Below, piece by piece: positions 45,924-54,635 of a stretch of DNA of 64,000 nt (within the stretch, counting starts at the first letter, position 1; the number at the start of each line of letters is the position of its first letter). Below the pieces are notes generated by a model. The model worked only from the letters and a program-made list of their open reading frames with translations, was not told the DNA's origin and searched no databases. Location of the stretch: sequence record PV764603.1; one strand, given 5' to 3'. The position numbers and the translations under genes were made by a program.

Positions 45924-47068
45924 CCATGACCCAACTTTACATCACTGAGGCAGGCATCGCTGCTGCCAACTCGTCCAGTCCTAACGGACCTATGATCCAA
46001 ATCGTGTCGTTCGCCCTAGGCAGCGATTACGGATACACCCCTCCACCGTCCTCCGTGTACCCGGGCGCCAACAGCGTCGTTACTTCGCAGAGTGCGCTAC
46101 GCGGCACGGTACGCTATCCAGTTGGTACTCAGCGTGCCGTACCCAGTAACTACCACCTCGCCGCTGATGGTATCACAGGCGTGTTCACGCTAGTGGTAGG
46201 TCTGGACGTGGGCGACTTCTCGTTTGGTGAAGTCGCACTCTACATGCCCGGCAACGTCATGTTCGGTATTGCAGTTCTTCCTCAACTGCAAACCAAACTG
46301 ACTACCACACAGAGTCAGACGGGCAACATCATCAACATGACGGTCAGCTTCCAGCTGAACGGTGTCAAGCCCAACATCACTGTGCAGAATGTCACGACCG
46401 CACTGGCTGATATTCGCACGGTCGGTACCGTTGACGTGATGAGTCCCCCTTCGGCCAGCCCTACCAACAACGCCATTTCTTTGCAGGTTGATGAATACAA
46501 CCGCAGCAACTTGATGACGAAGCGTGACACCGACCTGTGGCAGTCCCAGCAGTATGACTGGATTGTACATGAAGGTGTTGTGCAGGTATCGGGCGACAAG
46601 ACTCTGAGTGATGCGACTCTGGCTACGTCGCCTATCTACGTTGCACCGGGCCGCTACATTCTGCAATTCACCAGTGGTGCGTTGAAAGGTCAGGTTCGCC
46701 AAATCACAGCCTTCCCTGTGTGGGCTGCAAGTGTGGTTCGTCGCGTGGGTGACGTTATTCAGCCTACCAACAATCCCAACGTCCTACTTAGGTGTACTAC
46801 CGCTGGCACTTCGGGTACTGCACAGCCAACGTGGAACACTGGCACTTCGGGTGCCACCACTACGGATGGCACGGCGGTGTGGACGTATACGCCCAACAGG
46901 GATTCTCCGAATACCACGCTTTCGTGGGCGGGCTCTACCTCTTCCAATGCGCTGAACGGCGTTACCTACGCTGTGTACCGTGCCGCATCTTTCAGTGGCA
47001 TTCGTCAGTACATCGGCGAATACATGCTAGACGCAATGCCCATCAACTATTACAACCAACACCACTGA
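45920..47068 (+). CDS. tail-collar fibre protein (DUF3751-like) with CBM5/12-like module
   Basis: LYITEAGIAAA, GDFSFGEVALY; WAASVVRRVGD...RCTTAGTSG..QPTW...DGTAVW. Confidence 0.8.
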   Translation: MTMTQLYITEAGIAAANSSSPNGPMIQIVSFALGSDYGYTPPPSSVYPGANSVVTSQSALRGTVRYPVGTQRAVPSNYHLAADGITGVFTLVVGLDVGDFSFGEVALYMPGNVMFGIAVLPQLQTKLTTTQSQTGNIINMTVSFQLNGVKPNITVQNVTTALADIRTVGTVDVMSPPSASPTNNAISLQVDEYNRSNLMTKRDTDLWQSQQYDWIVHEGVVQVSGDKTLSDATLATSPIYVAPGRYILQFTSGALKGQVRQITAFPVWAASVVRRVGDVIQPTNNPNVLLRCTTAGTSGTAQPTWNTGTSGATTTDGTAVWTYTPNRDSPNTTLSWAGSTSSNALNGVTYAVYRAASFSGIRQYIGEYMLDAMPINYYNQHH

Positions 47069-47080
47069 GGATTTCCCAAC

Positions 47081-47428
47081 ATGGCTTTCACTCCTTCCTC
47101 CGGCGTCCTCGGTCAGATCAGGCCCTCAGGCGCAACTGAGACTGTTCTCTACACTTGCCCTGCTGATGCACGTGCCTCTGTCAGCATTACCTGCTGCAAC
47201 ACGGATAGCGGCTCTACCACTGTAACGGTCAAGGTGAGGTCAGGTTCCACGTCCACTGCTCTTGTGAGCGGTGCTCAGTTGGCACCCGCAGGTGAACAGG
47301 GACACTCAATCGACATTCGTGCTCTGATTCTTGGGCCGGGCCAGTCGGTAGCAGTCACTAGCTTCAGTGGTACTGTAGATTTCAGCGCAATCGGGTACAC
47401 GGCGCCTTCCAACGTCGTTGCGTTCTAA
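47081..47428 (+). CDS. small virion structural protein
   Basis: ETVLYTCP...SITCCN beta-sandwich pattern among fibre genes. Confidence 0.65.
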   Translation: MAFTPSSGVLGQIRPSGATETVLYTCPADARASVSITCCNTDSGSTTVTVKVRSGSTSTALVSGAQLAPAGEQGHSIDIRALILGPGQSVAVTSFSGTVDFSAIGYTAPSNVVAF

Positions 47429-47438
47429 GAGGTGACCG

Positions 47439-49724
47439 ATGATTACCCATCAGGATACACTGTTCTCCAACATCCTATACGGAAATAATTGGAGTGCAGC
47501 TACCTACCAAGCCGCAAATCGGTTCACCATCCAAGGTGACAAGCGAACTTCGTATGAGGTAGGTACCCAGGTTCAGATTCTCACGTCCGCCGTAGCTACC
47601 ATGCAGTACAGCTACGTCAGTGCAGTCACATTCGCATCCAACGTCACTACGGTGACAGTCAGCGACGGCCTGTTCGCCTCGGGTCAGAAGATCAATGTTC
47701 GTGCGTCGCCGTTTGGCGCCAACAACATGCCCCTCGGCCGACGCTTCAAAGAAATCAGCGTGTTCGGTGCGAACGGTCTAACGATCTCGAATGCGAGTCC
47801 GAAGTTCACCTTGTTCGTGGAGGGCGTTGGCGCAGGCAAAGTCAACACGTTCACTTTCCAGCCGGGCTCTGACGGTATCTCGTTCAAGGTGGGACGTGAT
47901 GCGATTGGTCTCGATGCCATGCGCATCGACGCCACTTCGACTGCCATCACCAAGGTGACGTTGTTCTCGCCCCTGACCTTTGGCGCGACGTATACGGGCG
48001 CCCTGACTTCGCTGACCGACCTTCTGACGATTGGTCAATACGCACTGACCTATTCGGCTACGGGTTCTTCGACCGGCAGCAATCGTCTGTATATCTCCGG
48101 CCCTAATGGCGGCGAGTTCACCGTTGGTCCTACCAACGATGCTCAGGTATTCCGTCGTATTCGACTGCGTGCTACTGACGTTGTGGTCGAGAACAATCCC
48201 GGCGGTTCCTCGCAAGCAGGCTCGATCTGGCATAGCCTCAACTTCGATCCTGACACCCGTGTTACCAAGGGTCAGAATGGTTCTTGGATGGATTCGGCTT
48301 ACACTGCGATCAACAACCTTAACAACGCTCAGGGGTATTTCAACCAGTGGGCATCGGGCGCCGCACAGGCTCCTGTTGCAGGTTCGACGGGTGTTGTGCA
48401 AACCATGCACAGTGCGGGTGGCAACAACTTTAACCCTGTGGCTGGTGCTTCGCTGGTGCAGACGGCTTATGTCACCAATGGCACCGCACCTGCCCTGTAT
48501 GTGCGACGCAACGTAGGTGCTTCGGGTTGGTCTGCATGGACTAAGCTGTATACCCAAGCAGATTTCTCGCTTGGCGATTACGTCAAGATCGCAGGCGGTG
48601 ATACCATCCAGTCCCCGATCACTGTACGTACTGCCTTGTCCGTTGGCACGACTGCGGATGCAACGTCCACCCTGAACTTCGGTACCTCGGCCAGTCCCAA
48701 CGGTCCTGCTGCTACCATTTCTGTTACGGGCGGCGCAGCGACCACGGGTCGTGGTGCAATGACTATCAACGCGCAGTCCATCGCGCTGCCTGCACTGAAC
48801 GTCAACGGTACGATGAACGTTTCGGGCGCTGCTTCGATGGCGGGCCCACTGACCATCACTACTGGCTCCATACTGCTGGGTAACGGCACGTATGGGGAAT
48901 CGCGTATTAGCAATACCTTCGACGACTGGTATTTGTATTCCAGTCCTACGGGACTTGGCTGGTACAGTATCAGTAAGGGTAGTGCTTTCTCACTGGACAA
49001 GAACAGCAAGGCGTTCACGTTCAATGGTGCGGGTACCATCAACGGTCAGACTACCATCAATGGTGGTCTGAACGTGGCGAGCGGTAGCGGCATCATCACT
49101 TCGGGTAACGTTGTTGGCGCTAACGGCAACTTCTCCAATGACGTGTTTGCCCCGGGTGCTTTCCGTGGCGCTCGCCTGCACATCTATGCAAACTGTATTG
49201 CCTATGGCCAGGGTTTCCTCCCTAGTTGGAACGACTACGGTGATGGCGCAACGGTCCTGACTAACGCACGCGGCGGTGGTACGGGCGGCTTCAAGTTCCG
49301 TCAGATGAACAGTGATGGCGGTGGTCAGGTCTTCCTTGCCTTCATCAACCCGAACGGTACCATCGGTTCGGCGTCGGACGAACGCATGAAGGAATTCGGT
49401 AAGGTACTCGACCTGTCTGACGCTCTTCGGTTCATCCGTGAGCAGCGAGTCAAGCACGTCAAGTGGAAGCACACCGGCGAGGAGGATATTGCGTTTGGTG
49501 CGCAGAGCATCTTCAAGACCACTAGATTCCTAGCCCACTACGACAAGGGTGCTGACTTCTGGCAGCTGTACTACCCGAAGGTAGCTCTGTACCATCACGA
49601 AGCTCTCTTCCATATCCTTGAAGTGCAGAACAATCACGAAGCCGACATTCAGATTCTGATTCGCAAGAACGAAAATCTGGAAGAGGAAGTGAAGCAGCTG
49701 CGCGAACGGTTGGATTCTCTCTAA
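47439..49724 (+). CDS. long tail fibre with knob domain and C-terminal intramolecular chaperone (peptidase S74)
   Basis: SASDERMKE cleavage motif, IAFGAQ, terminal coiled coil LEEEVKQLRERL; knob-like LYVRRN..GWSAW. Confidence 0.9.
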   Translation: MITHQDTLFSNILYGNNWSAATYQAANRFTIQGDKRTSYEVGTQVQILTSAVATMQYSYVSAVTFASNVTTVTVSDGLFASGQKINVRASPFGANNMPLGRRFKEISVFGANGLTISNASPKFTLFVEGVGAGKVNTFTFQPGSDGISFKVGRDAIGLDAMRIDATSTAITKVTLFSPLTFGATYTGALTSLTDLLTIGQYALTYSATGSSTGSNRLYISGPNGGEFTVGPTNDAQVFRRIRLRATDVVVENNPGGSSQAGSIWHSLNFDPDTRVTKGQNGSWMDSAYTAINNLNNAQGYFNQWASGAAQAPVAGSTGVVQTMHSAGGNNFNPVAGASLVQTAYVTNGTAPALYVRRNVGASGWSAWTKLYTQADFSLGDYVKIAGGDTIQSPITVRTALSVGTTADATSTLNFGTSASPNGPAATISVTGGAATTGRGAMTINAQSIALPALNVNGTMNVSGAASMAGPLTITTGSILLGNGTYGESRISNTFDDWYLYSSPTGLGWYSISKGSAFSLDKNSKAFTFNGAGTINGQTTINGGLNVASGSGIITSGNVVGANGNFSNDVFAPGAFRGARLHIYANCIAYGQGFLPSWNDYGDGATVLTNARGGGTGGFKFRQMNSDGGGQVFLAFINPNGTIGSASDERMKEFGKVLDLSDALRFIREQRVKHVKWKHTGEEDIAFGAQSIFKTTRFLAHYDKGADFWQLYYPKVALYHHEALFHILEVQNNHEADIQILIRKNENLEEEVKQLRERLDSL

Positions 49725-49766
49725 GGACATTGGGCACAGGGACGTGCTCCTTTTTAGGTAGAGGCT

Positions 49767-51158
49767 ATGTGGATCACCCCTCAGAATCAAACTCTTGATG
49801 ACACGTTCGATCCATACTTTCCGGGTACAACTCGGTGGTATGGTTACACCGGCATCCTCATCAACAACACGCAAGACACCTACGATCGGTACGCTCCTTT
49901 GCAGTATGGCAGGCAAGCTCCATCCACGGCGATCCTTGCGCAGAATCAGGTAGACCTGAATCAGATTTACGCAGCCCGAGGTACAGCAGGCTACCTGCAA
50001 GGTATCTCTATCCCAAATTGCTACGTGGGCTGCTCTGGCGTTACCATCAACGATCTTCTCGCTGCTCGATGCACCATCATCATCAAGAACGACGGTACGT
50101 GGCAGCAGTGGTTCTATTCCACCAACTACAAGACGGATAGCCCGGGTGCATATGCACCTCCTAATCGTGGCATCCCTCGAACCGAAACCAACTTCAGCAA
50201 CGGACGCATGAACGCCGCCGGTAACTGGGCACAGATTCCGTTCGCTGGTGTGGGTAACAACTACGAGACTTTCTGCCACGCTCCTTGGGCCCCATACGAA
50301 AGCAAGAACCCACCTGATCTAGATTGGGGTACTGCCGATCACTATAATCGGTATGATGCTGCACTCATCAACTATATCTGGCACAACTTTAAGGGCCAAG
50401 GACAGTTCGGTAGTGCTAGTGATCCATACGTGGTGCAGAACACTACACAGAACCCCAACGAAGACATTCCTGACGGTCGGGTATACCGCATCGACCGCGA
50501 CATTCGGTTCACCCTTGGCTTGACTGCACAGGGACGCAACAACGTTCGTTGGAACTACGACGACAACGGCGCTCTGTCATGGTACAACCGAGCCAACTTT
50601 TCGGTGTACATTCAGACACCCGGTGGTGGTCAGCGTGTAGGTGCCACGTGCTTGATGGCCAATGAGATTCGATGGAACGCATGGAATTGGACGGGTGGTA
50701 GCGTCGGCGGCGGTGGTGGCGGTGGTGGCGGTGGTTGCGTTGCTGCTACCAGCTATGTTGACTTCCAAAAGACCGCAGGCACTGTTGAGGCAGGCGACTA
50801 CCTCATGGGTATGACGGATGATCTGCAATTTATGGAGCTACACGTCCTGAGTGTGCGTCGTCAAGTGCAACCGTGTGTCCGACTCTACTCAAAGAGTGGC
50901 GTCACCCTTGTGTGCTCAAAGTCCACGCCGCTGACCCTACAGAACGGAGATTGCGTGCTGGCAGGCGAAGCACGAGCAGGTATCAAGCTTCCGGTACGAT
51001 TCTTCGCGGCTGATCCTGAGTGGGAAACCATCGTCAAGATCGAGGAGGTTGGCAACCGGGAAGTGATGCTCATCAACTGCGGTGGACAGAGCTATGCTGC
51101 CGGTGAGTTGCCGGGCCGCTATATCTACACCCACAACAACAACCAGCAGAAGATGTGA
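49767..51158 (+). CDS. fibre-tip/adhesin-like protein with Gly10 linker and C-terminal Hint domain
   Basis: Trp/Tyr/Asn-rich body; G10 then CVAATS (50736) ... YIYTHN (51137). Confidence 0.8.
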   Translation: MWITPQNQTLDDTFDPYFPGTTRWYGYTGILINNTQDTYDRYAPLQYGRQAPSTAILAQNQVDLNQIYAARGTAGYLQGISIPNCYVGCSGVTINDLLAARCTIIIKNDGTWQQWFYSTNYKTDSPGAYAPPNRGIPRTETNFSNGRMNAAGNWAQIPFAGVGNNYETFCHAPWAPYESKNPPDLDWGTADHYNRYDAALINYIWHNFKGQGQFGSASDPYVVQNTTQNPNEDIPDGRVYRIDRDIRFTLGLTAQGRNNVRWNYDDNGALSWYNRANFSVYIQTPGGGQRVGATCLMANEIRWNAWNWTGGSVGGGGGGGGGGCVAATSYVDFQKTAGTVEAGDYLMGMTDDLQFMELHVLSVRRQVQPCVRLYSKSGVTLVCSKSTPLTLQNGDCVLAGEARAGIKLPVRFFAADPEWETIVKIEEVGNREVMLINCGGQSYAAGELPGRYIYTHNNNQQKM

Positions 51159-51577
51159 TGATTGGTTCTGACCAACTCTCAGAAGTAGGTGTACCTGTCG
51201 GAGAGCTCTCCATTGGGAGGACTCTCGACGTATATGCGGTGGACGATCTACACTCGGTCATCCGCCTGAAAGGAACCGTCTCAAATCGGGTCCTGCGCAG
51301 TGCAGAAGTAGTAACCATCACAACTGCCTCCGGCGCTTCCGTTGTGGTGGCTGCCCAAAGTCGCCTCCCTGTCTATAGCGGACAGACAGCGCTGGCTAAG
51401 AATGTTGGTGCCAACATGATTGCTGTGATGGCCCCTAATGGCGCTTTTCGGTGGGAGCGGGTTGCCACCATCGAGGCTGGTACTGAGGCCGTAGTGGACC
51501 TCAAGTGTGAAGGCTACATAGTAGCCGGTAACGATCCTAAAACCGGGCTAATCTTGGTGTCTGGATCGCTGCCGTGA
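51155..51577 (+). CDS. stand-alone degenerate Hint-like protein
   Basis: Hint-like blocks (VGELSIG, VVTITTASGASVVVAAQSRLP, WERVATIE, VVDLKCE.YIVAG) but no N-terminal Cys/Ser and no terminal HN. Confidence 0.55.
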   Translation: MMIGSDQLSEVGVPVGELSIGRTLDVYAVDDLHSVIRLKGTVSNRVLRSAEVVTITTASGASVVVAAQSRLPVYSGQTALAKNVGANMIAVMAPNGAFRWERVATIEAGTEAVVDLKCEGYIVAGNDPKTGLILVSGSLP

Positions 51578-51656
51578 CAGTCAATTTTACGTAAGGACAT
51601 AAGGCTACGGATAGCAGCCTCACATAAAGACACTTCCCAACAAATAAGGAACGATC

Positions 51657-52334
51657 ATGCAACTCCAGGTTCTTCTCTCCTCTGTCGAAGCTCTCAAGTA
51701 CGTTGCCGGCCTGCGGCTGCCTGCTGTCAAGGCGTTCAAGGTCAGTTCATACCTGCAACGTGCTCAGGTCCATATTGACGCATGGCAGGCAACTGGCCGG
51801 ACTCTGGCCCAGCGCCACTACGGCGAAGACCAGCAGCCGCTGTCTCCCGAAGACGCCGTACAGTTCAAGGCAGCCACTGACGAAGTGCTTGCTTCGGACG
51901 TCGAAGTCGATACCGTCAAGCTCCTGAGCTACCCGGCAGACTTCAAGGAGGAAAGTTTCATCCCCCTGAATATGGCCATCCTGTCTGAGCACTTTGTTGA
52001 CGTTACCAAGCCCGAAGCTACTGGCGTCACCAAGATTAGTCGGGGTAAGCTGATTGGCGCTTACATGTCTCTTCAACAGTTGGGTCAGCAGGAACTGCCG
52101 AAGGCTGTTGGTGAGAATCTGCTGTTCAACCTGATGACGGTCCGAGACCTACTGAATTCGTTCTCGGAGCGCGACGTTGAACTGACTAAGCAGGGCGATG
52201 CGAAGGCTCTGGAGGAATATCGTTCCGAGGAAGTGGAGGTCAACTTCTATCCCATCAACATCAATGCGTTTGGCGATGTTGAAGTGGCTCCGGCACTTCT
52301 CGTAGATGCCGCGTGGCTCATCACTGAGGAATGA
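51657..52334 (+). CDS. tail-fibre assembly-type protein with two tandem helical repeats (DUF1617-like)
   Basis: Two roughly 110-aa units, each ending EVEV(D/N)...P..(M/L)..L. Confidence 0.55.
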   Translation: MQLQVLLSSVEALKYVAGLRLPAVKAFKVSSYLQRAQVHIDAWQATGRTLAQRHYGEDQQPLSPEDAVQFKAATDEVLASDVEVDTVKLLSYPADFKEESFIPLNMAILSEHFVDVTKPEATGVTKISRGKLIGAYMSLQQLGQQELPKAVGENLLFNLMTVRDLLNSFSERDVELTKQGDAKALEEYRSEEVEVNFYPININAFGDVEVAPALLVDAAWLITEE

Positions 52335-52337
52335 TTC

Positions 52338-52883
52338 ATGGCTGAGTTTGACATTGCCTATAGGCAGCAGAACATCGAGTCGGATTTGATTGATGATCCT
52401 ACTGATCCTGGGGCTGTGACAAACTATGGTTGGAACCTTGGCTCCCTCCGCTTGGTGGGAGTCGAGGCCGACTACGAATTCGTCAAGAGTATGACGGCGG
52501 CAACTGCCAAGGAATTATACCGTCAGTATTTCTGGCATCCACTTTGGACCGAACTCAAATGTCAGCAGGCGGCAAACAAGCTGTTTACCCTCGCTGTGAC
52601 AACGTGCGCACCCAACAATTTCAACTTGGCCACTCGCTGTTTGCAGAGGGCCTTGTGGGCATCGGGCGCTTACGTGCATGAGGATGGAAAGCTTACAGAG
52701 GATGTAATAAGCGCAGCTAACGCCGTTGAGTGTTCGGCCCTAAGCTCTGCCATGCGTAGTGAAATGGCTTCCTACTACAGGACGCTTAACGCGGAGTATG
52801 AACTGAGGGTCAAGTACAAGCTGCCTGTAGTGGTCCCCGTGAATCGTTACATTCGCGTGTGGCTTCACAACTCCTATCGCTGA
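52338..52883 (+). CDS. GH108-family lysozyme-like protein (divergent)
   Basis: DDPTDPGAVTNYG, AKELYRQYFW; canonical EGGY replaced by ESDL. Confidence 0.75.
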   Translation: MAEFDIAYRQQNIESDLIDDPTDPGAVTNYGWNLGSLRLVGVEADYEFVKSMTAATAKELYRQYFWHPLWTELKCQQAANKLFTLAVTTCAPNNFNLATRCLQRALWASGAYVHEDGKLTEDVISAANAVECSALSSAMRSEMASYYRTLNAEYELRVKYKLPVVVPVNRYIRVWLHNSYR

Positions 52884-52893
52884 AGAGGATGGC

Positions 52894-53619
52894 ATGACCA
52901 TGAGCACGGAAACCGTTCTGATCGGTCTTGGCTGTCTACCTGATAACGCTCAAGCCCTTGAGGGGGCGTGCATTCGGTACGGCATCGAGACTACGTGGCA
53001 CAAGTCCATTTTCATCGGACAGATCGCTGTAGAAACAGGTGGCTTCCGTGCCACCCGCGAAAGCATGAATTACAGCGTTGAAGGTCTTATCAATGGTTTT
53101 GGCCGTCACCGTATCAGTGTGGCGGACGCTCAGAAATACGGGCGTATTGATAAGGTCGTGAACGGCAAGAAAACTGTTATCCGAGCAGCTAACCAAGTAG
53201 CCATCGCCAACATCCTGTACGGCGGTGAGTGGGGACGCAAGAATTTGGGTAATACCGAGTTGAACGACGGATGGAATTTCAGGGGCGGCGGTGACAAGCA
53301 ATTGACTGGCCGCGCTAATTGGACCAACTACAGCATGGACACCTATGGTGACTTGCGTGTGCTGGAGAATCCTACTCTGATCGAACTCTATCCCGACAAG
53401 AGCTACACTGCTGGTTGGTTCTGGCAACGCAACAAGCTGGGTGACATTGCTTCGCAATATGTGCTCCCTGATGATCCCAAATCTCCGGAGTACGATTCCA
53501 TCCTGCGTTCTACTGTTACGGTAGTTACCAAGAAGGTCAACGGCGGTGACAAGGGTTTGGAGGATCGCATCATGTGGACGAAAAAGGCCCTGCAAGGCTT
53601 CAATCAACTCGTACTGTGA
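52894..53619 (+). CDS. GH19-family endolysin
   Basis: FIGQIAVETGGF, ESMNYS, FRGGGDKQLTGRANW, AGWFW, VTKKVNGG..GLEDR. Confidence 0.93.
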   Translation: MTMSTETVLIGLGCLPDNAQALEGACIRYGIETTWHKSIFIGQIAVETGGFRATRESMNYSVEGLINGFGRHRISVADAQKYGRIDKVVNGKKTVIRAANQVAIANILYGGEWGRKNLGNTELNDGWNFRGGGDKQLTGRANWTNYSMDTYGDLRVLENPTLIELYPDKSYTAGWFWQRNKLGDIASQYVLPDDPKSPEYDSILRSTVTVVTKKVNGGDKGLEDRIMWTKKALQGFNQLVL

Positions 53620-53671
53620 CTAACGTGCTGGGAACATTAGTTCCCAGCATTCTTCGTATAGGCCCCTGACT

Positions 53672-54037
53672 ATGAGAATTTTAGCCAATAGCACCAAGGT
53701 ACGCGAAGGGGATTTCTCCAAGCTTCGTATCCCAAAAGCAAAGCAAGTCAAGGTGCACACGCATGACGCATGGCAGGGCCGAAAGAATCATCACCTGTCC
53801 TACGATTTTACTGCACCTAGCACTAGCATGCATCATCAAGCAGTCGGGAAGGCCATCCATGAGCATCTTGCGTCTCATGGCCTGTCTCCACACAAACGCT
53901 CCAGTTCGGGCAACACGGTTACCATTGAGTACAGGCACCCATCGGGTCACCGCGCCGTTGTCAAGATGAAGCGTACAAAGCTCGCAGGCGATCCCAACCA
54001 TCACGTGGAATTCGCCGTAGAGAAGACCGGTAACTAA
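53672..54037 (+). CDS. His-rich basic protein
   Basis: 14 His in 121 aa; no TM segment. Confidence 0.7.
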   Translation: MRILANSTKVREGDFSKLRIPKAKQVKVHTHDAWQGRKNHHLSYDFTAPSTSMHHQAVGKAIHEHLASHGLSPHKRSSSGNTVTIEYRHPSGHRAVVKMKRTKLAGDPNHHVEFAVEKTGN

Positions 54038-54057
54038 CACTTCAATGAGGTAACGTC

Positions 54058-54399
54058 ATGCCCTTGTGGTTGACTGCATGGTTTGCGAAAATGTGGGCCA
54101 AGTGCTCGCAGTATGTCATTGCCGCTGGCTCCATATTGGCGGCAATTGCTGGTATCTTCCTGTACGGTCGCTTCAAGGGTAAGTCCGCCGCCGATGCAAA
54201 GCATGCGGAGCAGGATGCGAAACGAATTGAGGCTGAAACCAAGATCGTTGAGAAGATCGACCAAGCTCACGAATCTACCCGTGAGCAGGTCGAGGAAAAA
54301 ATCGAGAAAATCCCTGCTCCAACTACGGATCCTAACGAGACAGTTAGGGTGGGGGATGCACCTAAAGATTCGGCCGCAGGCAAATTGAGGGGCTGGTAA
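54058..54399 (+). CDS. inner-membrane spanin (Rz-like)
   Basis: N-terminal TM plus coiled coil; abuts a lipoprotein gene. Confidence 0.75.
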   Translation: MPLWLTAWFAKMWAKCSQYVIAAGSILAAIAGIFLYGRFKGKSAADAKHAEQDAKRIEAETKIVEKIDQAHESTREQVEEKIEKIPAPTTDPNETVRVGDAPKDSAAGKLRGW

Positions 54400-54626
54400 T
54401 GAAAACTCTCCTGATTATCGCCATCGCCTTACTTGCAGGCTGCGCAACTACTCCACAAGTGGTGGCTCAAACCGACATTTGCGCTGGCTGGAAGGCCATC
54501 AAGGTCAACGAAAACGACGAATTCACGGATGGAACTGCCAAGCAGATTCTAGCGCACAATTGTCAAGGCGCAGCCTTGAAGTGCTGGGCCTATCCGAGGA
54601 ATGATCCCCAAATTTGTGAACGCTAA
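54399..54626 (+). CDS. outer-membrane spanin lipoprotein (Rz1-like)
   Basis: Lipobox LLAGC; DICAGW...TAKQILAHN pattern. Confidence 0.8.
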   Translation: MKTLLIIAIALLAGCATTPQVVAQTDICAGWKAIKVNENDEFTDGTAKQILAHNCQGAALKCWAYPRNDPQICER

Positions 54627-54635
54627 GAGGTAACA

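Noticed and set aside
50706-50735. GGC/GGT run as a phase-variable microsatellite
   Set aside because: In-frame mixed Gly codons; slippage would not switch frame, so it is better explained as a linker
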